The position numbers and the translations under genes are program-made. A model generated the notes under the pieces. It was not told the origin of the DNA and ran no database searches. It saw only the letters and a program-made list of their open reading frames with translations. A stretch of DNA of 64,000 nt from Thraustochytrium aureum (taxonomy: Eukaryota). Within the stretch, counting starts at the first letter, position 1. Each line of letters begins with the position of its first letter. This document shows positions 13,254 to 23,754 of the stretch, piece by piece. Where the stretch lies: positions 64,073-128,072 of the forward strand of contig BLSG01000198.1 in assembly GCA_012862495.1 (NCBI GenBank). The letters are read 5' to 3'.

Positions 13254-13827
13254 GTGGCGAGCGGCTGCTCAGCTCGCTACGAGTCGCGCCAGCTCGTGGC
13301 GAGCGCCAGTCTGCAGGCACTCTAGAACCTAGCTCTAGTAGAGAGAAATAGAGCTGGTCTGGGGCGTGGCGTAATGGGCGTCCGTCGGTGCGCTCCTCGA
13401 TAACGATCTTTACCGGCAACTCCAGAGGATCCTCTGCTTCTAGGACAGAATTGACCTGTTGCCAGCGCGCAACCAGCATGGGTTTCGCTCTGAGTCACAC
13501 GCCCAAAAACACCCCGTTGCAGCCGCACTGTCTGTTCTGAAGCGCCCGTGCCGGCTTAAAAGAGTCGGAATGCACGGGTTCCACGCGCGCACAGTGCGAA
13601 GACAGATAGAACGACCTCAACAATCCAGCGACTGCGAGCTCCACTCTCTTGTGCCCGCTTCAGGAGCCAAGCATCTCACTTTTCTCTTCTTGTCTGCTCT
13701 GTTCTGTTCTAACCTTTAGAAGTAGTTCGTAGCTCTAACTAGTAGAGCAAGAGGAGCACGAAGCTGGTGGACACTGCTGACATGAGCGGCTCGCCGCCCT
13801 GCCACAGTGTCGCAATGAGCGTGTGTC

Positions 13828-14822
13828 TCACAGCTCGTCACGTCCACCTGCGATAGGCTCCGCGCTGCCGTTTTGGCGCTCAAACCAGAGCGGGGCGTGC
13901 GGCGAGGGATTGGTGATTGTGTCAAACGCAGCCGATGCGCCATTCGAGAAACTGCGCCGCTCGCTGCTCTGAAGGTAGGCCCTCAGCCCTGCGAGCGAGG
14001 TGATGCGACGCACGAAGCTGGCAAGCAACGGAAGCTCGTCCAGGCAGCCTGGGTCCACGCGCAAGTTGGACTCGAGCATATCCAAGGCCATTGTGTCCAC
14101 AAAAGAGACCTGCTCGCCGACAAACCAGTCCCCGCCCGTTTCGCCCAGCAGCCGCTCGAAGAAGGGAAGCCACGCCGACAAGGTCTCGCGCTTGTACGCC
14201 TCGATCATCGCTGGGCCCTCCTTGCCGGCAACCGCCGGGTTGTACACCAGCGCCCCGTACCGCTTGCGCACGTCCATGATCCCGCCCACAATCATGTCGG
14301 TCCTGGCCCGCGACGCCTCCGTGTCATCCGCCAGCAAGCCATACTTTCGCGCAAGAAACCTCTGGATCGCCACGCTCTGCGCGAGGTCGATCCGCTCGCC
14401 GCTGTCGCTCACATAGGTCAGCGACGGCACTTGGCCAAAGGGCAGGATCGGGGTGTTGATGTGCTCGGCCTTGAAGCTCGCCCAGTCCGTCACGCCTTCC
14501 GGGCAGCCTTGCGGGCACGACTCAAACTTGACCTCCTCGTAGGCCACCTGCCGCCACCGCAANNNNNNNNNNNNNNNNNNNNNNNNNNNNNNNNNNNNNN
14601 NNNNNNNNNNNNNNNNNNNNNNNNNNNNNNNNNNNNNNNNNNNNNNNNNNNNNNNNNNNNNNNNNNNNNNNNNNNNNNNNNNNNNNNNNNNNNNNNNNNN
14701 NNNNNCTCAGCCATTCCACGGATATTAAAGTACCTCAGCGTAACGCTCTCCGCCTCACCGCGCGCCGCGCAGGCCGCAGCCGCGGCGAGCAGCGTCCTCG
14801 CGCGCCAAAGTCGAGGCGCCAT
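13828..14822 (-). CDS. Glutathione S-transferase (sigma/pi/mu-like) with N-terminal signal-like peptide; spans gap 14563-14705
   Basis: LRYFNIRGMAE (catalytic Tyr region), LPFGQVPSL, QSVAIQRFLARKYGL and WFVGEQVSFVD. Confidence 0.85.
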
Positions 14823-15845
14823 CCTCCAGCTAAAAGGACACGAGACGCAGCCCCAACACCACCCGAAGCAGCTCGCCGCGAGCGGCGCCAAGCCCTTCGC
14901 CACGCGCCTCGTCAGCCCAACGCGCGCGCCGTTGGTCCCTGGCGTCCTCGCTGCGGCGCAACGTTGACGCTCTTCTCGTTGTCCTGTCCTGCGTCTTCGA
15001 AGGTGGCCGTGGAGAACATCGTGGAGGACATCGTGGAGAACATCGATCGATGCATCCTCGAGCTGGCCAACGCACGGGCAGGCCAGGCCACCAGGACCCG
15101 GTAGAGCGCACGGACGCGCAGAGCAAGCGGCGAACGAACGCCCGAGGTCCTCGTTGTCGTTCGTTCGCACGCGCGGTCATGCGGTGTGTCGCGCGAGGTG
15201 GTGGTTTCAAGGATGGAAAGACTCGCCTTGCGTTTCGATCAGCGAGCGAGCCCGGCGACGCGCGCGCGATGAGCATCGTGCGGCTCCGCGACGTGTCTGC
15301 GTGCGCGCGATGAGCTGCACGCCTGCCAGGGTCGCGCGTTCGTTTGCTCGCTTGTTCTTCATTCGTTGTTTTTCGTGGCTTTCTCGGCTGCTTGCCGTCC
15401 AACGGAACTGAGCCGATGATTTGGCTGCGTTTGGAGTCGCTGCGGCGCGTTGCGCTGCCGAGCATTACTGACGCGTCGACTCTTGCACAGAATTTGCCTC
15501 TGCTCGTGTCGCGGGCGCTCCGCGGAACTGTCACGCTGAAAGCTGTTCCCATGTCGTTACTGCGCGAATGGAGTGTTTGACTGTCTTCTCTTCAGAGAGG
15601 AGCGCCTCGAGCCAACGGCGTTCTGCGCCGCGCCGAGTCGAAGCACCCGCACTCGCTCAGTAGGCGCGTCCGTGTCCCCATCGCCGTCGATTCTTCGCTT
15701 CTCCTCAACTCAACGTTGAGTGTTGTCTTCCAGTCGATAGCGATAGATCCGGTGTGAGTGCAGTTCACGCGTCTTGCAGGGCACTCATGTCGATCACCCT
15801 TTGCCCGGCGAAGGTGAGCAATTGCAGCGCCAATCACCCAGCGCG

Positions 15846-17207
15846 ATGGACGAGTCGTGCGCGGAGCCATGGCCAACAAGGCAATGCGGGCCTGAAGGGG
15901 CCTGCAACGTGAGCGCCCGCGAATGTCAGTGCCAGGGCACTCTCGTCAAGTCGCTCGAGTTTCACGTCCTCGCGGGCGGGACGCTCGAGTCTGCGCCTTG
16001 CGACGCAAGCCTGGACCTCATCCGCAATCTACACATCGTTGCGATAGTCATATACGCGGTGGGCCTCCTGATGCAGGTGTCGATCATCCGCACGCGGAAG
16101 CACTTCAAGCGGACAGCGCCCACTATATGTGGCTACCTGTTCTTCCTCGTCCCGTCCCTTGCACGTGTTTTGGACAGGTCGCAGTCTCTGCTCTTCGGGA
16201 GCCACCTCATGTACACGGCATTCTGCTGCATGGGAATCTCCTCCTTCTCTGTTGGATGCAGCGTGTTTCTCTCCAAGTACGTCATTTACGCGGTCAAGTC
16301 GGCGCGCCAGTGCGCCGTCAGAGTCGACCCGGCTTCGAGGTCTCGAATCGAGCTGTGCCGTAAAATCATGCGGGCGATAGGGCCGTTCGCTTTCATCTCG
16401 CTTCAATCATTCTCGTTGGCGGCAGTGCCTGGCATCACCGCGCAGACCCGGTACGCCAGTTTCAAAGCTGGGTTTCTCTTCTTAGGGCTCTTGCCAGCTG
16501 TGTACTGCGTCATGGCGACTGTTGTGCTTACAGTGATTGTGAACACGTTCAAAGCCTTCTTGAAGGAAAACCAGACACTCACAATGCCACAGCGAGCGAG
16601 CAACCCTTCAACGGGAGTCCACAGAGACTCTGGCCCCGTTCTCAGGTTGTGGGACGTCGCCATGCGTTGCTGTCGACGCGGTGCAAGCGCCCCGATTCGA
16701 GTTGCGCCGACTTCTGACGCAGACAGTCACTCTGCAATCGAGTGCGTTGCAGCGCAACGCGGGCATCCAGTAAAAGCCCAAGCGAAGACGCAACCTGCAT
16801 GTTCTGGGCAGCAAGAGCTGACGAAGATAGTCGAATTGCAGCTTCTTCGCATCATGAAGGTCAAAACCCTCACAATGCTGCTATGCGTTTTCATCGCCTT
16901 AATCGGGTGGAGCGCGCTCGTCTTCGATGCCATCTTGTACGAATGGAAGGTGATCATGCCGTGCTTCATCGCCGCTTGGGGCGTCTTCCTCAACGTTACA
17001 ACTATGCTCATCTACACGACCGGGACGAGGAGGCGCCGCGAGCGCGCAAAGCGGAGACGACGAGGCTACCACCAGGGTGATGGGGCCGTGTCCGCAGCAA
17101 ACAGCGGCGTCATGAGTGCCCAGACTGTCAACAGGTCGCGTACAGCTTCGCAAGGGGTGACGCCGGGTGGAGCCATTTCGCTTGGGGCAAGGCCCTTGGG
17201 ACACTAA
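15846..17207 (+). CDS. Multi-pass (about 7 TM) membrane protein with N-terminal Cys-rich EGF-like module
   Basis: CAEPWPTRQCGPEGACNVSARECQCQG followed by 5 TM segments, a long loop, 2 more TM segments and a basic tail. Confidence 0.65.
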   Translation: MDESCAEPWPTRQCGPEGACNVSARECQCQGTLVKSLEFHVLAGGTLESAPCDASLDLIRNLHIVAIVIYAVGLLMQVSIIRTRKHFKRTAPTICGYLFFLVPSLARVLDRSQSLLFGSHLMYTAFCCMGISSFSVGCSVFLSKYVIYAVKSARQCAVRVDPASRSRIELCRKIMRAIGPFAFISLQSFSLAAVPGITAQTRYASFKAGFLFLGLLPAVYCVMATVVLTVIVNTFKAFLKENQTLTMPQRASNPSTGVHRDSGPVLRLWDVAMRCCRRGASAPIRVAPTSDADSHSAIECVAAQRGHPVKAQAKTQPACSGQQELTKIVELQLLRIMKVKTLTMLLCVFIALIGWSALVFDAILYEWKVIMPCFIAAWGVFLNVTTMLIYTTGTRRRRERAKRRRRGYHQGDGAVSAANSGVMSAQTVNRSRTASQGVTPGGAISLGARPLGH

Positions 17208-17483
17208 GCGCACGCACTGCGGCGCCCGGGTTTGGTGCTTTGCGTTGTCATCCATGGCGCTCGCTTCGCTTCTCATGTGTGTGTCTCTCTAGCTAGAGAG
17301 CTCTAGCTAGCTAGTATAGTACCAAAGGCAAGTGGAGTCCTCGTTGGCGAGATGCCTCTTGCGTTGGCGCGAGAATCGGGGCAAAAGGTGTTGCTGACGA
17401 GACACGCAGCACTTCCGAAAGCCCTCGCGCTGCCTGCAGCTTGCCGTCGTTTCCAACAACCAACACCTCGTCCAGGCACATAA

Positions 17484-20455
17484 CTATGCAACAACGCCCC
17501 CTGTGAGCGACACGATCCCGGTTCCAGGAGCATACGTCACTGCGCCCTCGTCAATCAACAAGTTGACGGCGCCCATGATCTGCGCGCGCCCGACCCGGTC
17601 GTCCCGCGCCCTTGCGTCATTGATGACTCGCTCCAGGTCGCCAACGCGCGTCCCCGCGCCTCGCACCCCCAAGGCCTCGCGAACTTCTTCCGCCAAGCGC
17701 TCGTTGCCCTGGCGCTCGTGGGCGCTGAGTCCCGTGTTGATAGCGTCCATGTCGATGGTGCCGGTGCGCGGGTCCACCGCCGACCGCTGCGTCGCGACGT
17801 GCATGAGGCGGAGCGCCTCATCGACGTCAGACTCCTCCACGATTGGCGAGAGGCGCAGCTTGGCCCTCGCCTCTGCCAAGCGGATGAGCGACTCGAGCTG
17901 GCGGGGCGTCGCAGAGATGGCTTTTTGCCACCGCCGAGCGCGCCAAGCTGGCGCATTTCTACGTAGCCCAGAACGAGCTTGCGCACGGCGGGGTCGCCGA
18001 TCTGGGGGCTGCAGACCTGCTTGGCGAATGCGATGTACTCGGTCACGACCTGGCGCTCGTAGGTCGCGTGCTGGGTGGACGGGTTGCGAAAATAGAGCTG
18101 CACGAGGTGCTTTGCGAGGCGGCGGTCCGTGGCGGGGTTTGGCTTGTCGAGCACGAGGTAGATCAGGTCAAACCGGCTCAGTAGCGTGGGCGGCAGCTTG
18201 ATGTTTTGGACCATGGACATGCGTGGGTTGTAGCGGCTTTCCACCGGGTTGGCACTGGCCAGGATGGAGGTGCGCGCGTTGAGCGTCGCGATGATGCCCG
18301 ACTTGGCGATCGAGATGGTCTGCTGCTCCATGCATTCGTGCAGGATTGCGCGCGTCGTGTCGGACATTTTGTCAAANNNNNNNNNNNNNNNNNNNNNNNN
18401 NNNNNNNNNNNNNNNNNNNNNNNNNNNNNNNNNNNNNNNNNNNNNNNNNNNNNNNNNNNNNNNNNNNNNNNNNNNNNNNNNNNNNNNNNNNNATTGCGCG
18501 CGTCGTGTCGGACATTTTGTCAAACTCGTCGATGCAGCAGACGCCGCGGTCGCTCAGCACGAGCGCTCCGCTTTCGAGAACCACCTCGTGCGTTTCTGGG
18601 TCTTTGGTCACGTACGCGGTGAGACCGACCGCGGAGGAGCCCTTGCCAGAGGTATATATTCCGCGCGGGGCGAGCTTGTGCACGTAGCCGAGAATCTGGG
18701 ACTTGCTCGTCCCTGGGTCGCCACAGAGAAGGATGTTGATCTCGCCGCGCGAGCGCATGCGGTGCGAGGAGCGCACCTCGCCCGCGTCGAGCTGCGCCTC
18801 CTTGTTTGTGCCCCCAAACAGGAGCAGCAGCACGCCTTTCTTGATGTCGTCGAGCTCCCAAATCGACGGCGCTACCGAGTGAGCGAGCTTGTCGTAAAGG
18901 TTCGGGTCGGCTGCCATTTCGCGAAACCTTTCCTCCTTTTCTGCCGGGCTTAGCGCCGCAAACGTCCCCGCGGCGGGGGCGTCCGCGTCCGCCGTCCCAA
19001 CAGCGTCTGTAGCAGTCGCCTCGGCGTCCGAGTCGTCGCGGCCGGCCACCCGGTGGCCCTTTTCAATCATGCGGAAATGAAGCACGTCCAAGTACGTTTT
19101 GTAGGTCGACCCGAGGATCCGGCGTGACGGGTTGCGCTTTGTCGCGACGGCCTTGTAGATCCCTGTCACCTCGACGCGGTCGCCAGGCTTGGCGACGTCC
19201 ACGAGCGCGTCGTAGGCGTAGATGGTTATCGTGTGCGGCGTTTCGCCCTCGGGGATGTTTTCCGGGGCCTCTTGCAGCTTGATCATTTGCTTGTCCGAGA
19301 AGATGCACCGGTTGTGCACGAGCTGCATGCAGGCCTTCTTGGAGCAGCCCTCGCACCTTTTCGGCTCCTCAATCACGCCGCGGTCGATCACAACGTCGAC
19401 AGAGTGGTTGCAGAGCGTGCATCGAAAGAAGGCCATCTTTAGGTCCGGGATGACCGACGAGACGCGGATGACCATCCCGCGGAGGGCGACCATCTGCTCT
19501 AGATCCTCCGGGTCCAGGCCGCGCATGCGCTGCAGCTTGTGCAGGTTGAAGGTGCGCACCTGGATGCGTGGCGACTCTGCCACCTCGCCTCTCGGAAACA
19601 TGCGCTCGTACTCGTTGTGGATTACCAGGTCGAGCACCGGGATCATTTCGGTCGGGTACTGGACCAGGTTTTGATACAGCCTGCGCGAATCCACGTCGAA
19701 GCTGCGGAGGTGGTCGCAGTCGATGTTAAAGTCGGTAGCCTCGGACTCGTGGATCGCCTCTAGCAAAGCCAAGTAATGCGGGCGGTCGTGGCCCTCGACC
19801 CGGAACACGCGGCAAAAGTTGCGAAAGATGAGCATCTGCTCCATGATGTTGATCGACGTGCCAAAAATGTACGCCGAGTCGTCGTCCGCAAAGACCTCAG
19901 CGCCCGCAGCGCCCATTACTGCATCCGACCCTGCCTCGCTCGCGCTTGCCGCCCCGCCAAACCCTGGCCCGGCGTCGCTCCGTGAGCCCAACGACGAGGC
20001 TGCTGTTGCACCGTGCGCAAATGGTTGTGGCGCCCGGCTGCCCGGCGTACTCGACCCTGGGGTCGCCAGTTGACGAAGAAACTGCCGCGGCGCAGCGCCC
20101 AGTTCGCCGCGGGGTAGGGACATGGGCGTTCGCGACCACGCGACGAGAACGGCGACTCGAGCCCCATAACGTCATTCAGGCCGCGCACCGGTGTGCTCGG
20201 CTCAGCGCTGTTGTTTGTCCTCCCTCGCGCTGGGGACGCCGCGGAGGCAACCGACCCGGCTTCCGAGGCTGCCGGTCCCCGCGGTCCATATCCTACCGAT
20301 CGCTCTGGCGTCCGCACCGGCGACCTCTGCCCTGCCGCCGCCCGCTCCCTCCTCCCCCTCCGACCTGTAGCTCATCTCGTCCCATTCCTGCGACTCCTCG
20401 ATCGCCATACTCGGCTGCACCGCCACATCCTGCGACTCTGCCGTCAGGTCATTCC
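17484..20455 (-). CDS. MCM4: DNA replication licensing factor MCM4; frameshifts, internal gap, 5' end runs into a gap
   Basis: GDPGTSKSQ Walker A, GKGSSAVGLTAYVTKDPET, IDEFDKM, LLSRFDL, zinc finger CTLC...CEGC and QEAPENIPEGETP. Confidence 0.93.
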
Positions 20456-21121
20456 NNNNNNNNNNNNNNNNNNNNNNNNNNNNNNNNNNNNNNNNNNNNN
20501 NNNNNNNNNNNNNNNNNNNNNNNNNNNNNNNNNNNNNNNNNNNNNNNNNNNNNNNNNNNNNNNNNNNNNNNNNNNNNNNNNNNNNNNNNNNNNNNNNNNN
20601 NNNNNNNNNNNNNNNNNNNNNNNNNNNNNNNNNNNNNNNNNNNNNNNNNNNNNNNNNNNNNNNNNNNNNNNNNNNNNNNNNNNNNNNNNNNNNNNNNNNN
20701 NNNNNNNNNNNNNNNNNNNNNNNNNNNNNNNNNNNNNNNNNNNNNNNNNNNNNNNNNNNNNNNTGCTGCTGCTGCTGCTCCTGAGCGTCCGCAGCTGTGC
20801 TTCTGCGTTGGGGGTCTGCTGGCGTTGGGGGTCTGCCGCTCCCGAGGCCTGCCGCCTGCTCTCCCACCTTGCTTGCACTGCGAGCACGTGTTCAGTTAGG
20901 TTCCCGTTGGGAACGTGGAAATTCAAACCTTGACCTAACCGAGCCCTCTATTTATAAACCCCGCAGTACATATGCATGGTACGAGTGTTATTGAGGGGTG
21001 AAGGGGTTTCGGTGTTTCGGTGGCAGGCAGTAGGGAGGCCAGGCCAGTGCGCGAGGCGGACGCGCGCGAGGGGAGGTGGAGGAGGTGGAGGAGGTGGAGC
21101 GAGGAGCGAGGGCACGGGACG

Positions 21122-22186
21122 ATGGCGGGGAGGGTGGCGATGTCGCGAGGCGCGCTTGGGCTGAGCGTGTGGTTCAAGAACCCAGTGTTTGGGATGGCGG
21201 AGTACGAGATTCTCAGTCGTGGCACGACCTTTTGCGCCACGCTGCAGCGCGGCCCTGCTGCGACGCCCATCGGACCTGGACTCGGAGGCGTTTACTTGCT
21301 GTCGTGCCTCCACGTTGTGCACCCGTTCAGGTACCCGCAGTACTACAGCCCGGAGGATGTAAGTTGCGCCTGAGCGCGTCTCCTTGGCGGCGGACAGGCT
21401 GCTGACGCAGCGCGCCTCCCCCTCCCGCCCGCTGGCCCCACACCTGCGCGAATGTAGCCAAGCACCAACTGGGTGCAGTTTGTCCAGCCCGAACACGTCA
21501 AGTGCCAAGCTACAATTTCTGATGAAGAGGGAGAAATAATCGACCAAGTCGACCTGGACGCGAGCTTTGCCGTGCCGCACCCCGTTCGCGATCTCCTCGC
21601 CTTGCGGTTCGCCGACACATCGGAGGGCAGCGCGTTTCTCCAACGCAACAATGTACACGTATTCCAGGTCTCGGGGAAACGACCCGAGGAGGAGGAAGGC
21701 GAGAGCGCCGCCAGCCCAGAAGATGACAAGTCTGCGGTCCCAGAAGTTGACAAGTCTGGGGTCCCAGAAGATGACAAGTCTGGGGCCCCAACCTCCATTG
21801 AGGCGGTGCTCGCCGAGGGCGACGTGATCTTTTGTGAGGGGCACACAACGGTGGAGAAGATGGACGATGGCCAAGACGTCTCTCTGGAAATTCCACACGT
21901 GGAGCTCGGCATGGTGGCCTTTGTGGGCAGCGTCGATGTTGTGGGGCAGGACGGCAAGGCGGATCGGTTTGTTCAGGTGATGGCGCACACGCAGCAGGTC
22001 CTCGGCATGGGGATGTGCGGCGGGCCAGTCAGCAGGGGCGACAAAGGCACGTTCAGCGGTATTGTTGAAGGCATCATGTCGCCCGAAACCGCTGAACGGA
22101 CTGGGGCTGGTGCGCAGCTGGCCGCTATCATCGACGGGCACCAGGTTGCAGATTTTCTGGCGACCCTCTCGGACGAGCCGCGCTAG
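21122..22186 (+). CDS. Trypsin-like peptidase homolog with Cys at the nucleophile position; intron 21359-21457
   Basis: A GTAAGT...TAG intron joins YYSPED to PSTNWVQF in frame. Motifs LLSCLHVV (His), RDLLAL (Asp) and GMCGGPV. Confidence 0.7.
21715..21786 (+). repeat. 24-bp coding tandem repeat x3 (PEDDKSAV/PEVDKSGV/PEDDKSGA)
   Basis: cccagaag(a/t)tgacaagtctg(c/g)gg(t/c) repeated three times. Confidence 0.9.
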
Positions 22187-22393
22187 GCTTTTTTCGCCAC
22201 CTTGGTGGCGACGAGACGCGGGAGCTGAGCAACACGCAGCGGAACCCCCTCGCACCTCTTTTGTCGGACTTAGAAAAAACGAGCAGCCTTTCTTTCTTGA
22301 TTGGATGAGAAATTGTAAAAAGTGTGAGGATCGCTTCGCGCTTGCACCTAGCGGCCCTGGCCTGCCGGTTGCTGTGGCGGCTGCAGGTCCTCG

Positions 22394-23275
22394 CTAGAGG
22401 TGCGCCTGCAGCCGGCTCGCATCGAACGACTTGAGCGAAGCCTCCTCTTCCGCCAGAGAGTCCAAAAAGCCCTTTCGGAGCGTCATGCGATCCATGTACG
22501 CAAGTGTTTGAGGCTTGTAGTGCTTGTCGAGGTCGTTGCGCTTGCCCAGCCAAAGCGCGTACGTTATGCAAATATCCGCCACCGTGAACTTGCTGCCAAC
22601 CAGAAACTCGCGGCCGTCCGCAAGCGTCGAGTCAAGCATCCTGAGACGCGCTATGAACCATTTCCGGTAGTCTGCAGCGGCCGCCTCCAAGCCGCGGTCC
22701 GGCTCAAACTGCTCGTATCGGAGCACGATCGTCTGGGGAAAGGTCTTTGCTCATGTTGGCGGGTCGCGTTGTCAGCGCCGCACGGCACATGCTCACCCCC
22801 ACCCCCCCCGCCGCTTCCAAGCTCAAACGTACCAGCGTGGCGTCGCTGTGGAACAGCCAGTTGAGGAACTCGCCGTATTCCGGGTCTGACTCGTTCAGAA
22901 CGAGCCTACGTTTCGGGTCTAGCACCTGAGCCACATACAGCGGGATAGCGCTCGACTCTGTCATGCGCACATCGCCATGTTTGAAAAACGGCACCGTGCC
23001 CTGCGCATTTTCGCCACGGCACGCCGCCGCCCGAGCCCACGTCAGAATTCAGCTCGCGTGGAGAGGATCCCTTGTTTGTTTCCCTCGGCGTGCCCAAAAC
23101 TCACCAGCACGTTGACCCCGAGAAACTCCTTGCACCTCGCCCTTGGCGGAAACGGCATCGTCACGAGCTCATACCCATCCTCAATACCAACCTCCTTGAT
23201 CGCCCAGAGCGCCCTCAGACTTCGCGCGCCAACGCAGTGAAACAGCGTTGGCGCGCGTCTCGCGAGCCCCTTCAT
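22394..23275 (-). CDS. Glutathione S-transferase, bacterial-like; introns 23001-23104 and 22745-22832
   Basis: The spliced product reads ARSLRALW...VNVL|GTVPFF...TESSAI...WLFHSDATL|TFPQTIVLRY...FTVADICITYAL. Donors are GTGAGT and GTACGT; acceptors are CAG and AAG. Confidence 0.88.
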
Positions 23276-23754
23276 CCTCCCTTGCCCCTCTCGCCGCCAG
23301 CCGACCAGCAAGCCAGCACGCCGGGGCTCGAGCAGCAGCCCGCCTACGCAGCAGCAGCCCGCCTACGCAGCAGCAGCAGCAGCAGCGGCGCCAGGCTCGC
23401 AGCGGGCGAGTGACTGGCCGGCCGGCCAGCAGCCGCTAGGCCAGGTGCAGCGTGTCCGACCATTGGTTTCGGGCTCAAACATGATCTCAATTTGATCTGC
23501 AGCTGCGGCCGGTCCTACCCCTTGCTTCCACATGCGCAAAGATGGGCGACGACGACGCTGGCAGACCCCCATCGAGCGAACGCCCGACGCGCAGCAGCAG
23601 CAGCAGGAGCAGGAGGAGGAGGAGGAGGAGGTCCTGGATCTGGCTGCGGTCCTTGCGCGAGGACGCGGGTGCGCTGGCACGGACGACGCAGGTTTTTTTT
23701 GGGGCGTGGAAAACTCGCATAGGGGGAAGGTGTGGGTGAGGCCTGGCCGTGGAG

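Noticed and set aside
23330..23630. (CAG)/(GAG) runs and a short repeat as a polyQ/polyE gene
   Set aside because: They lie in the short divergent GST-MMUT intergenic/5' region, with no supported ORF; they are ordinary microsatellites like those bordering several gaps.
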